From the NCBI RefSeq assembly GCF_009914755.1, contig NC_060933.1: a stretch of DNA of 64,000 bases, one strand, 5' to 3'. Origin of the DNA: the human T2T-CHM13v2.0 reference genome, Homo sapiens. Below are positions 17,491 to 30,945 of this stretch, in pieces (positions within the stretch are counted from its first letter, which is position 1; every line of letters starts with the position of its first letter). Both the position numbers and the translations under genes were made by a program. The notes below the pieces were generated by a model. The model saw nothing but the letters and a program-made list of their open reading frames with translations. It had not been told where the DNA came from and made no database searches.

Positions 17491-18839
17491 TTGGCTTTAT
17501 TGTGTCTTTTTTGTAACATATTTATTAATTTAATCATAAGAATAAGTCAATACATGTTAATATAAATAGCATATTTTATAACACACAACGGTCGACAACA
17601 GTTTCCACACATCTACAAGAAACACCAGGGTAAGTTTCATACTGCTTCTACTTGACGTCATTCTACTGAATTTGAGAATTTCAGGACAAACTGTAATTAA
17701 ATGAGAAGGTATGCTCCTAGAGCTCAAAAGAATACTCTCCAGTCATAAATAGGCTAGTTTTATCCAAGACAAAGCTTAATCTATCTACAGGAACGGATTA
17801 CCTTAATTGTTTAAGACACCTACCTCTGTAAGTATTATCTTACATTGTTGAGTTTGTAAACTCTGGGCAGCACATAGTTGTGTTATATTCTCTCTTAAGA
17901 AATTTGAATGCCCATGTTCTGTTTAAAAAAAAAAACAGACAGACAGACAGACCTACATGTTTTGATATTGAAAACTGAGAGGGCCAAATAAGGTACTTCC
18001 CCAAAGAATAAGCCACCCTACTTCCACGGGGGGTGGACTCTATAATGGATGACCAGTGGATACAGCCAACATCTATTGAGGAAACAGCTCTGGATTTGTT
18101 TTTACCCAAACGAGGTGGAAAGGATGGTACCCCATGCTTCTTTTAAAGATAGCAGGGTTGTGATACTTTTTTTTTTTTCCTGGAAAACTAGGCATTATCA
18201 ATTGTGAGAAATGTAACTTTCTGTTGAACCCTCTGAGATGAATTATTTACAAAGTTAACCCCTAGGCAAGTCCTTGAGTTGACCTATTATATAGGTACAT
18301 GATATAAACTAATTAAACACCACAGAACATCTGTTAAAAATAATTTCTTTGGTTAAGAAATAGTTTATTGTGGGCTGTAGTAGATTCTATCATAATTAGA
18401 TTATCTAGCAGGACCAGCTGTCAGTTGAGTTCAATCCTAATTTGTGGTAATAAAACCAGTTCCCTTATATTTTTCTTGTCTATTTTAAAGGGATATGGTC
18501 TCAAAATTGTTTGACATCTTTCAGATCAAATTAAGAATAAGAGAAGAATTGGCCAAACTTATCCCAGATTTACAGCATGAGGAATTCTTCTTTTCTGTGT
18601 AGATTCCCTGATTATTCCGATTTCCTAAGAGCATTGGGTTTGAAGCTCTATGTAAACAACTGTAGACAAAGTTTTTATTGAGATTAAACAGGTTAGCTGG
18701 CGTTTGTGAAGAGTAAAAAAACAAAGAATAATTTTAAAAATATGGAAAATATTACATAGTTCCTGATATATTTCTCCATAAAATTATAGTGTATATTAGT
18801 AACCTGTAGTGTGCTAGCTCTACCTAAAGCTCACTTGCT

Positions 18840-21800
18840 TTTTTAAATTTTATTTATTTTAATTATCTTATTTTATTTCATTACAGTAAAAACACTTAGC
18901 ATGATTTATACCCTTTTAAAAAAGTTTTAAGTGTACAATATATTATTGTTAACTATAGATACGATTTTATTAAGCAGATCTATAGAGATTATTTATCTTG
19001 CTTGACTGAAGTGGAATCATACAGTATTTGTCTTTCTGTGTCTGGCTTATTTCACCTAGCATAATGTCCTGAAGCTTCATCCACATTACAGCACATGTTA
19101 GAATTTCCTTCTTTTTAAAGGCTGAATAGTATTCCGTCATATGTGTATATCACATTTCCTTTATTCATTCATCCGTCGGTGGACATTTAGGTTGTTTCCA
19201 CATCTTAGCTATGTTGAATATAGCCATAGCAATGAACATACGAGTGCTAATATCTCCATGAGATCCTGATTTCAATTCTTTTGAAGAAATTCCCAGAAGT
19301 GGGAATGCTGCATCTTATGATAGTTCTATTTTTAATTCATTGAGGAACATCCACGCTGCTTTCCATAGGACTGCATAATTTTGCATTCTTACCAACAGTG
19401 TGCAAAGGCTCTCTTTTCTCCACAACCTTGCTAACACTTATCTTTTGGTTTTTTATAATATCCATTCCAATAGGTGGTAGGGTGATATCACTTTGTGGTC
19501 TTGATTTGCATTTCTCTGATTGGTGAAATTGAACAATTTTTCATATTCTTGTTGGCCATTTGCATCTTTTCTTTGAAGAAATATTTATCCAAGGTCCAAG
19601 TCCTTGGCCCATTTTTATTTGGGTTATTAGGATTTCTTTTACTATCGAGTTGCAGGAGTTCCTCATATATTTTGAATATTAACCCCTTATCAGATATATG
19701 GTTTGCAAATATTTTCTTCCATTCCATAGGTTGCTTTCTCCTTTTGTTGAATGTTTCCTTTGTTGTGCAGGGGCTTTAGTTTGAGGTAGTTCAATTCGTC
19801 TACTTCTGTTTTTGTTGCCTGTGCATTTTGTGTTATATCCATGATTCATTGCCAAGACCTTTCTCTTACGTTTTTACTATAAGTTTTACAGTTTTGATTC
19901 TTACATAAATGCCTATAATCCATTTTGACTTGATTTATGTGTATGGCATAAGATATAGGTCCAAATTCACTTTTTTGTATATGTATATCCAGTTTTTCCA
20001 ACACCATTTGTTAAGAGGCTATCCTTTCCCCATTACGTATTCTTGGAACCCTTGTCAAAGATCAGCTGAACTTATCTGAGTGAACTTATTTCTGGGCTCT
20101 CTATTTCTGCCCCATTGCTCAATATGTCTGTCTTTGTGCCAGTACCATCCTGTTTTGATTACTGTAGCTTTGTTATATATTCTGATATCAAGGAAGTTTT
20201 ACGTCTCTTTGTTTTTCTTTCTCAAAATTAATTTGGCTATTTTGGGTCTTTTGTGGTGCCATAAGAATTTTAGAATTGTGTTTTCTATTTCTGTGAAAAT
20301 GTCATTGGAATTTGGATAGGGATTGCACTGAATCTGTGGATTTCTTTGGGTGGCATGTACATTTTAACAATATTAATTTTTCCAATTCATGAACATGGGA
20401 TGTCTTTCCATTTGTCTATGTCGTGTTTAATTTCTTTCCTCAATGTTTTATAGTTTTCAGTATACAAGTCTTTTACCTCCTTAGTTAAGTTTATTCCCAG
20501 GTGTGTTATTCTTTTTGGTGCTATTGTAAATGAGATAGTTTTCCTAATGTCTGTTTCATGTAGTTCACTGTTATTGTATAGAAACACAATTGATTTTTGT
20601 ATGTTGGTTTTTGTATCATGCAAATTTACTGAATTGGTTTATTACTTCTAACATTTTTTAAATGGAGTCTTTAGGGTTTTCTTATATATAAGATCATGTT
20701 GTCTGCAAACAGGGACAATTTTACTTCTTCCTTTCCAATTTGGATGCGTTTTATTCTTCCTGTTGCCTAATTGCTCTGGCTAGGACTTCCAGTACTATGT
20801 TGAATAGAAACAGAAAGAGTAGGCACACTTCCCTTGTTTCATATTTTAGAAGATAACCTTCCAGTTTTTCACTATTGAGTATAATGTTAACAATGGGCTT
20901 TTCATATATGGCCTTTATTATGTTGAGGTAATTTCCTTCTATTTCTAGTTTGTTGAGAATTTTTATTATAAAACGGTGCTGAGTTTTGTCAAATGCCTTT
21001 TCTGCATGTATTAAGATGATCGTGTGATTTTTCATCCTTTATTCTCTTAGTTGTGTCATGTCACATTAATTAATAAGGATATGTTTGAACCATTCTTGCA
21101 TCCCAGGGATAAATCCCCCTTAGTCGTGGCATATGATTTTCTCAATGTGCTGTTGAATTTGGTTTGCTACAATTTTGTAAAGAATTTTTGTGTTTATGTT
21201 CATCAGGTTATTGGCTTGAAATTCCTTTCCTTGCATGTCCTTATCTAGTTTTCATATGAGTTCAATGCTGTCCTTTTAAAATTCATTTGGCAGTGTTTCC
21301 TCCCTTTCAATGTTTTGGAAGAGTTTGAAAAGTAGCATTAATTCTTCTTTAAATGTTTGAGAGAATTCACCACTAAAGTTATCTTATCCTGAGCTTTTCT
21401 TTGTTGGAAGATTTTTGATATCTTCATGATTTAGTCTTGGTAGGTTGTATGTTTCTAGAAATTTATTCATTTCTTCAGGTTATTGTTTGTTGGCATATAA
21501 TTATTCATAGTATTCTCTAGTTTTGCTTTTTTTATTTTTGTGGCATCCCTTGTAATGAATCTTCTTTCATTTCTGACTTTATTTAATCTCTTAATTTTTT
21601 TTAGGTTATCCAACTAAGGGGGTTTTCGACTTTGTTTATCTTGTCACAAAAAAAACCACACCTCTCAGTTTCATAGATTTTTCTACTGTTTTTCTATTTT
21701 TCTTTATTTCTGCTCTAATATTTTGTTATTTTCTTCCATCTGCTAACTTTGGGTTTAATTTGTTCTTTTTCTATATCCTTGAGGAATAAAATTAGGTTCT

Positions 21801-22855
21801 GTATTTGAAATCTTTCTCCTTTTTAAGTGTTTTTCTCAACGAATTGCCCTATAAGTACTTCTTTTGCTGAATCCCATAAATTTTGGTATGTTCCGTTTTC
21901 ATTTTTATTTCTTTAGAGATATCTTCTAATTTCCTTTTTTATTTCTTCTTTGTACCAAGTGGTTAAGAGTGTATTGCTGAGTTTCCATATCATTGTGAAT
22001 TTTACACTCTTCCTTCTGCTATTGATTTCCAGCTTCATTCCATTGTGGCCAGAAAACACTTTGTATGACATCATTCTTCTTAAACTTGTTAAGACTTGTT
22101 TTGTGACCTAACATGTGATCTACAATGGAGGAAGATTGGTATGCACTTGAGAAGAATGTGTATTCTGCTGCTGTTGGGTGAAATGTTCTGTATATGTCCG
22201 TTAGGTCCATTTGGCTTATGGTGTTATTCAACTTCTCTTTTTCCCTATTGATTTGGATGTTCTGTCCACTGTTGAAAATATGGTGTTAATGTCCCCTACT
22301 ATTATTTTATTGCTTTCTATTTTTCCCTTCAGATGTGTCCATTTTTAAGTATATATTTAGGTGCTTTGATGTTGGGTACATAATACGTTTGTAATTGTGT
22401 TTTCCTGATGGACTGACCTTTAATCATTATAAAATTTCTTGTCTCTGTGACACTTTTTGACAAAGTCTATTCTCTCCAATATAATATAGATGCTTCGGCT
22501 CTCATTTTGTTACCATTTGTATAAAATATCTTTTTCTATCCCTTCACTTGCAGTCTATATGTGTTCTTAAATCTAAAGTGAATTTCTTATAGACAGTAGT
22601 TGAGTCTTATTTTCTTTCAACCACTTGATATCTTTTTATTGGGGAGTTTAATCCATTCATATTTAAAATAATTATCAATAGAGCAAGATTTACTAATACC
22701 ATTTTGTTAATTGTTTTCTGTTAGTCATGTAGGTTTTAAAAATCATTTCCTCTCTTGCTGTCTTCCTCTGTGTTTTGATGATTTTTTGCATTTATATGAT
22801 TTTGTTCCTTTTTCTTTTTCTTTTGTTTAACTTCTATGGATATTTGTGTGTGTGG
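18840..22855 (-). mobile_element. L1MA9/L1MA10-like LINE, 5'-truncated (3'UTR plus degenerate ORF2)
   Basis: Minus ORFs give ORF2 peptides (DIYRTFHPTAAEYTFFSS, AEKAFDK, KDIPCS); 3' end AACACTTAGCATGA..AAGTGTACAAT..GTTAACTATAG. Confidence 0.85.
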
Positions 22856-24677
22856 TACATAGAATTAACCACCGTAGGTACCAAGGTACTGAATCGTGTA
22901 ACTTCTCCAGCTGGTCATTTTGGATGACTAGTTATATTGATTAACATTTCAAGATGGGGACAAAAAACAGTCCTGAATGTAGGTTAAAACATTTGATAAA
23001 GATATAAGTAAAGGGAGACAGAGGTTTTCTTATAATGACTCCATAGAAGAGGCAAGCACAATCCCTGGGCCTGTTCTCTGAATTTAAGAATCTCCAACTG
23101 ACTGAGACCAGCTCAAATGCGTGTGTCCATATTCTCTTTGCCTGACTCTGATTTTTTTTTTAATGAAAAATCTGTGATTCAAAAATTTTTGAGGTTATAT
23201 TTGGAAAGTTCTTATTATTCGTGGCTCTATTTCACAGGTGAATCATCAGCTACAACTGGCATGGGGATGGTAATATTTGACACAATTCGTGACATTTGTA
23301 CCACATGTTATTTCTCAGATCCTGTTCACAGGCAAGAAAACAAAAAAACAAACAAAAAAAACCAGAACACCAAATCCTAGGTTAGGCTAGGATTTGTAGC
23401 CATGTCATCCACGTTACACTGACTGCATAGATGAGCTGACTGACTGGAATAAGAATTAGTGATAGGAAGAAATAAAGCATGACTTGTATCACTTAATCAT
23501 ATAAACAGACTCTCCTTTTAGCTCTGTCACTTGATTGAGTACTCTGGGCAAGATATTTCTCCGTAAAACTAGTTTTCTCTCTGAAAAGCAAGGATAAAGC
23601 TTCTGCTTTCTCCCCTGACAGGATTTGCACAAACTTGCTACAGGAGGAAATCATACAGATACTCAAGCAATATTGTTATATGAAAGAAAGAGACTTCAGA
23701 AAACTTTGCCTGATGGCAGCTTTTCAAATATAAATTATGGACCATTTCAGATATTGACAGCCACAACAAGCTTATTAACATTGGAGAGCCACATTGAAAA
23801 CTCCGCATTTCAAAAGAATATTTACTAAAATTATTCTAGTCCTACTTACTCTAATCTGGAATTGGAAACATGAAACATGGAAATTCATACATTCTTACAG
23901 ATTAACAAACTGACTAATTAATTCTTCTTTACAGGATAAGTGACAAAAATTTCCTTGATGTATTTTGTATCTCAGAACATATGAATAGGTTGCTACAGGT
24001 TTTACAAGCTAAATAAATCCTCAATATTATGAAACTCTGAAATCAGATCTTTGTTAATAGATTTAAATTGTTATCTTAAAAAACAGTGAGCTGTGCACAT
24101 TAGTTATACAATGCTACAGTTGCATTTTTATTCTCTTAAAAAAGTCTTCGCTCAAAATCGAATGTTGTCCAAATAAATACACCTAGTCCTTTAACTCAAT
24201 ACAATTACCAAATTTTCTCATTAAGTAGCTAATTAGAAAAACCTTAAGGGATATGGCATATCTCTCATTGCTATGGCACATTGCTGGTTATATTACCATT
24301 TTTATAATGTCAGAAAATCAGACAAACAGAGTATTAGTACATCAATGTAGATTATTACAAGAATATTTGAAGAAGAAAAAAAAGCTCATGTCTCCAAAGC
24401 ACATTCTCACACAGTTTAAAAATAGACAAAGACATTACTACCAACTGAACTCATTCAGCAATTGCAGGAAAAGGAAAAGAAGACAATGATTTTATTGCAA
24501 CACTTTTTTTTAAGTGAGGAGTACAAACACCATTTTTGTTCAATAGCAAAAGCTTGGGATTTTAGTATATTGGGCTTCATTATCAGTGATTATTATCTGA
24601 TCACTAATTATTATTATTATTTAACAATAATTGCATCAATCTCCTCTATTATCCTCCTAAAGCCATCTGACATTCTT

Positions 24678-25261
24678 CTTTTTTTATTATTATACTTTAA
24701 ATTCTGGGATATATGTGCAGAACGTACAGGTTTGTTACATAGGTATACACGTGCCATGGTGGTTTGCTGCACCCATCAACCTGTCATCCACACTAGGTAT
24801 TTCTCCTAATGCTATCCCTCCCCTAGCCCCCACCCCTCAACAGCCCGTGGTGTGTGATGTTCCCCTCCCTGTGTCCATGTGTTCTTACTGTTCAACTCCT
24901 ACTTATGAGTGAGAACATGCAGTGTTTGGTTTCCTGTTCCTGTGTTAGTTTGCTGAGAATGATGGTTTCCAGCTTCATCCATGTCCCTGAAAAGGACTTG
25001 AACTCATCCTTTATTGTGGAAGACAGTGTGGCAATTCCTCAAGGATCTAGAAACAGAAATAGCATTTGACCCAGCAATCCCATTACTGGGTATATACGCA
25101 AAGGATCATAAATCATTCTACTATAAAGACACATGCACATGTATGTTTATTGCAGTACCATTCACAATAGCAAAGACTTGGAACCAACCCGAATGCCCAT
25201 CAGTGATAAACTGGATAAAGAAAATGTGGCACATATACACCATGGGATACTATGCAGCCAT
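24678..25261 (-). mobile_element. 5'-truncated, 5'-inverted L1PA7-like insertion
   Basis: Antisense 3'UTR 24678-~25012, sense segment ~25013-25261; 17-bp perfect TSD AGCCATCTGACATTCTT at 24661-24677 and 25256-25272. Confidence 0.93.
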
Positions 25262-27032
25262 CTGACATTCTTATTCACAGTAAGTCACAATTAATTTTAC
25301 CTTGAGAATTGTTTCTAGAATTTTCTAACACTGCTGAAATCACCCAATATATTCAGCATGTCACAAACCAGAAATGAGAATTCTTAGGTGATCAGAAAAA
25401 TGTCAAAGTTCATGATGGATTTTCTCCATCATGGGCAAGTTACATGTTGCAATTAAATAAAATGTATAGCACATGCTAAAGGAGCAATTATTCAGCCACA
25501 TAATTCTTGGGTAATCTTGAGATGATCCCTCTACCTTCAACAATTAAAATGCTAGGGATGTCAGCAACTTTGTATTCATTTCCAGTTGTTATTTGATAAA
25601 ACAGTTATATGAGTTTTACAAATCAAAATCCTACTTGAGGGAGCCACAGAAATGCAAATTAGTAGAATTCTCTTCAAAATAAATTGAACTATGAAGTAAG
25701 AAGAACTTAATGAGCACCTACAGTATAAAAAGCAAAGAAAAATGAAAACAAAATAAATCAGACATAAATCGAGATGGGCACCTGAGTGTGTGCCATGAAA
25801 AATTCTGAGAAGCCCTCTAGAAAGCATGAAAAACTTACTCTGCTACAACAAAGTAATACGTACATTCTCTCTGTGAGGATAAGTAGAGAACAACTGTGCT
25901 AGGCCTATGAAATTATTCTGCAGCATAAGAAAAACAGATTATGTAATAGTAAGAATCTAAAATAAAAATCACCTTTCTAAAAAAATTTATGGCAAGACAT
26001 AAATTTTACTTGTATACTTCAAGTTCTCAATAAGATAAAAGGAGACACTGTCCTTTTAAAGTAACATATTACAAGAGGAGTACAGGCTAAGATAAAGCTA
26101 ACCTGTATGAAAATTACAAACATGGTAATTAAAAACCATAATTGGTGTAGCCTTAAATTACTTTGAAATTTATTTTTCTATATGGTAAAAAGTAATATCT
26201 CACTTTTTTAATCCCTGAAAACTTTGCTATATAATATTTTCTCCTGCTGATAATCATAGCAATTTTATCACATACTAAATATTTTAAACACCAAATTCTC
26301 TTCCTGGACTATTTATGGAATCACAAATTTGCTGGCCAATTTTGCACCAGTACAAAACAATTTTAATTTGGAGAGTTTTATAACACAGTAAAACTGGTAA
26401 AGACAAGTCTTCCCTAAATTTTCTCCTTTTAAAAACATATTTTAAAATTATTCCTGAAATCATTTCATTGAATTAAACTTCCAACAAATTCAGTTGAGAT
26501 GTTTATTGAAATTGTATTAAGCAAATTTATTAATTCTGAAACTCAAGAGCACACACGAATGAAAAAAGAATCCAAAATTAAAGACACAAGAGTATTAATG
26601 ATGATTATTTTCAAGTAACGGAATTTTGGGTCATTCCAAATTTCTTCTTGACACCTTTTTGTGTTTTTCATACCTTCTACAACAGACAATTATTACTATT
26701 ATAATCAAGGATTGCTTACCTATAATAGTATAGTAAATCATAGATTCAACATTGCAGACAATTGAATCATAGAAATATCTAACTTATTTTTAAGATGCTT
26801 CTAGAACCCAGGTGAAAATGATAGAGTTCATGATAATTAATGATGAGATGTATGGGGACAGGAAAATATTATATTAATTTTCTTTCATTTTGTAGGAGTC
26901 AAATGTTATTATATTTTATCTTTAGTCATTATGTAAACGCAGATTTAAGAATACATTTAAACATTTGAAGCATAATATGTAGGAAAAAATCAGGATGCCT
27001 AATTTCCCAAATATTTGAGGATGAAATAATAT

Positions 27033-27078
27033 ATTTATTATTATTATTATTTAGTATTATACTTTAAGTTTTAGAGAC
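27033..27078 (-). mobile_element. Ultra-short L1PA 3' terminus with decayed tail
   Basis: (TTA)n + TATTATACTTTAAGTTTTAG (antisense L1PA end); TSD ATGAAATAA[T/C]AT at 27021-27032 and 27079-27090. Confidence 0.7.
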
Positions 27079-27289
27079 ATGAAATAACATTAATTAACTC
27101 TACCATGTGTTGACTGCATATCATGTCCTATTTAATCCTCGGTCCACTCCATGAGATGGGAACTCATATTACAACAGTGGTAAAAATGACAGCAAGCCAT
27201 AAAACTTAGCAGATTTGGGGTTTTAATTCATGATTGTTTGATTCCACGGTGTTTTATCTTAAACTCCATATATAGTCCCTTACACAGTA

Positions 27290-28170
27290 CTATCCTACAA
27301 TATCTCACAATAATATCCATGATATGTGAAATTGAATACTTAGGTCTGTTTCTGTGATATCAATTCTGTTCCACTGTTAATTCTGTTAATTGTATTTTGG
27401 ACGAAATTTTACTGTCAGCATTAACAACAGTGAATTTTTCCAATGTGCAACACAGTAGGCTTCTACATTTATCCAAGTTTTTCATGGATCTTTGTAAAGT
27501 TGTAAAGTTTCTTCATGTAGACCCCTAGACACTTATGAAGGCTATTCCTAGAGATTTTATATTTACAGCAACAACTTAAACAGAACTTATTCCATGACAT
27601 GTTCTATTACGTTTTTGCTCATCTGTGATAATGTTACACATTTTTGTATATTTGTTTTAAAAATCTAGTCACTTAGCTAAACTCTCAATAATTCCAGTTT
27701 TTCAATTGATTCTCTTTAGTTTTTCTGGCTAGACAATCACATCAGCTATATGTTTTGTTTCTTCCCTTCTTTCTTATTTTTGATTATTGTTACTGAATTG
27801 GTTAGAATTTTCCAGAATAATAATTGTTATAGCAGGTGTCTTTGTCCTGGTCCTGACTCTTAAAAAAAAGCCAGGACTAATTTTCAGCCAGTTTATTGGC
27901 ATGCCTTCAGGCAAGTGAAGAACTACAGTCCTGACACCCCTCAAGAAGTCCCCAGACTCCCACCAAAAACGTCAATGCCTGGCACAGCAGGAAACTTTAA
28001 AGAACTCTGCTTCAGCACAAAGGCTCCTGGCCATCCTCATCGATGGTGCCTGCACTGTGCTTAACAGTGGTTAAAGCTTCTCATATTTCATAGTAAGGAA
28101 ACAGGCTGTTAGGTGAAGGTATGTAGCTGTAAATATATTAAGAAAGAATTCTTTTCTTCCCTAGTTTAAT
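27290..28170 (-). mobile_element. Ancient L1ME ORF2 remnant interrupted by a ~200-bp insert
   Basis: TTTTCAATTGATTCTCTTTAGTTTTCTGGCTAGACAATCACATCAG and TCTTTGTCCTGGTCCTGACT resemble antisense L1 ORF2. Confidence 0.6.
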
Positions 28171-29499
28171 AGCAGGAAAAAACTATGTTGAATATTTCTT
28201 GACACAACACCACACAGTTATTTAGAATGGCATTTAGAGAAGTTATGTTTTAGCATAGAGAAGTGCTATGCTATGATAAATATTTAAAAATCACAGATTT
28301 TATGTACATTTGAAAAAATATATTTTTTAAATGCTTAAAACAAAGAGACTTAGAAAGACAAAGTATTAGTGATGATTGTCTTAGGGGATGGTTTTGGCTT
28401 TGTCTGCCTTCCAACTTTTTGTAGTTTCATTTTTCCTTTACGTAATGAGTCTGCAGTACTTCTATACCAAAAAAAAAACAAATGCCTTTATGCTGAGAAA
28501 CGAATGTAATTCAGTGCTTTCAAAAATGTTGAGACAATTTGTATATATGTAAATTAAATAAAAATAATTACTGAGAAACGTGGGGGAAAGAAGTACAAGA
28601 AATCAGTATACACTGAAGCATAGACATGCAGCAGAATACACAGTACTAGAAATTATTCATTTATTATTTACATCCCTACATAGTTCTGATAAAGATTTCA
28701 GGTTGTTTATAAGATTTGATGAGTTCAAAAGAGGGAAAACTTCTGACAAATCTCCTTGGAGAATACAGGTGCACTTGGCATACATCGGTCACGATGCTTT
28801 AATATTGTGCTATTTTAGTATATCCCTGTGTATACCAGTCACTCTTACAACTGCATAGAGTTCTGAATCAAAGCAGTGTTAAATACATACTGACAGTGTT
28901 CTGAAAGCAGTAACTGTGCTAAGCCATAAAAACAAATCAGCTTTGATACTTGACATCACTTGAACCCACCTATTCGTTTTACTTCCTTGTTAGAAGAGCT
29001 GAAAAACAATGTCTAATGAATCCTTTTCTTTCACTGTTTGTCTGCAAGTGCTCACTGAAAGAAATAAAGACTTCAGGCTTCCGAGCCACTTTCAGGTGTA
29101 ACAAGGAAAATAACTGGAGTTTTCTCTACTGCAGAATCACAAAACATAATTGAAAGACAGCAGTGGCCATGCATTCGGTAGTTAAGGGGCTATGAACAAA
29201 GCCACCCTCCACGTTGTGGAGATGAATGCACTAGCAATAAAACATGTAGTGCCAGCTCTCAACCAAAAGCTCAAACAAGATAATAGTCAAACTTTACCTG
29301 GTGTCCATGACATTTAATTGGATCTGAGTGTGAATTAATCTAATAAAAGTCTTGCATTCTCATTATAATTTAAATAAGCACAAAAATTGGGTATATTAGA
29401 CTATGACAGTACACTTCTGCCTAAATAACATATTGCCATACATCTTTGTAATTACTACAAACAACCACCAAGGAGAAGTGAGCCAAATAAATTTACTAA

Positions 29500-29583
29500 G
29501 CAACAGTAATTAGCTTGTGAGATTTTGGTTAAGTTATTACCTCTGTAAGCCTCAATTTGCTCAACTCTAATCATGACATGATG

Positions 29584-29615
<32 letters not shown>

Positions 29616-29700
29616 GACACTTTCCTCATAACATCGTTGTAAGGCTTAAATGAAATACAATGACCTACATGTAGTGCTTAGCATAATATCAATATGTGGT
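29500..29700 (+). mobile_element. MIR SINE containing an (ATG)n microsatellite (29578-29616)
   Basis: AAGTTATTACCTCTGTAAGCCTCAATTTGCTCAACT..GTAAGGCTTAAATGA..AGTGCTTAGCATA. Confidence 0.7.
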
Positions 29701-29730
29701 TTTGTAATCACTGCATAAACTTGTGCTGGT

Positions 29731-29750
29731 CTGTGACCCTCTAGTGGAGC
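29731..29750 (-). promoter_or_regulatory. Candidate CTCF binding motif
   Basis: Minus strand GCTCCACTAGAGGGTCACAG matches core CCACYAGRKGGC with one mismatch; motif only. Confidence 0.4.
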
Positions 29751-30866
29751 ATTTCATTTCTCTCTTTAATGCAGAAAATGTTCTAAACAAACTACTACAA
29801 TGCCAGCCAGTATATTTCGAAACAAGCAGAGAGCAAGCCTAAATCCAGCAATCCCACGAAACCATTTTAAATTACTAGCAAATGGCCAAGGGACCAACCC
29901 AGGCAAACAGAGATGACAGCAGAACCCAGAGGTGCTGTTCCTTAACAACCAGCTTGAACATTCAGCCAGGATAATGTGCTTAAAATGAATGGAGGTCAAG
30001 TGAGTAACGCAATTTCTTAAATGCTAATAGGAAAATGGGAAGTGAATGTGTGAAATTGTCAGACTAGACAGGCTGCATAATGTTTCCAAATCCTTGCTGG
30101 GAAGTACAGCCATATCAAGGGTATTGCTTCATCAAATGATTCTTAGAAAAGTAAATTCATACCTCATGCAGCTGTGTCCGACTAACTGAATATGTGTACT
30201 AAAGAGGTGAAAGGACTCTTTTCTGACAATCTCTTGAAAAGGTTCTGATAACTTCATGAAACCAGCACCTCTACCCAGTGGAAGCCTGGCCCACTAATAG
30301 TTCCAGTGAAAGGCTTTAACTAGAACATCAGGTAAACTGATGAATTAGGGTTCCTGTTTCTTGTTTGCCAAGATGTTATGCCTTGATGAAACCAGTAGCA
30401 ACTGTGAGTGGTGGAAACTGTGAATTTCCATAAATAACCTCATTTTAATTTCACACTTCTTATAACTTTCAGATCAAAAACCTAGAATCTCCTAGGTCTT
30501 CTGTGTGGTTCATCTGTTAGTTCCCGTGAATCAATCTATACTTAGCCTATCACATCATCTCTCTTCACAATAAAGCAGTAAGTTGACTAATACATTTGAA
30601 AATTCACAGAATGTTAGAGCTAAAAAGATCCTTAAAATTTTCAGTCGGAAAACCTCATTACCTAGATAAATTTTTAAAAAATAGTAGCACAGAGTGGTTA
30701 AGGCACTTGATCAAACTTGCACAGCAGATTAATTTCTAAATGAATAAGTGACACTAGCAATGAGCGTTTTGATGTTTTTTGAATATTAGTGGTTTTCAAA
30801 TAACTTTTAAAGCAGAAATTTGTATCATTTTAAAATAAAATCCTATACAGAACTCCAACACATATA

Positions 30867-30945
30867 TTGGTTGGTGCAAAAACAATTGCAGTTTTTGTCA
30901 TTGAAAGTAAAGGTGAAAACCGAAATTACTTTTGCACCAACCTAA
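30867..30945. mobile_element. MADE1 (Hsmar1 mariner MITE)
   Basis: ~80-bp palindrome TTGGTTGGTGCAAAAACAATTGCAG...CCGAAATTACTTTTGCACCAACCTAA flanked by TA. Confidence 0.93.

Noticed and set aside
25576-25760. Strong-looking minus-strand acceptor and 83-aa ORF
   Set aside because: TGAGCACCTAC plus an A-rich run looks like an L2 remnant; no matching donor identified
26694-26730. 10-bp inverted repeat TACTATTATA/TATAATAGTA
   Set aside because: Almost pure A/T in an AT-rich region; likely chance
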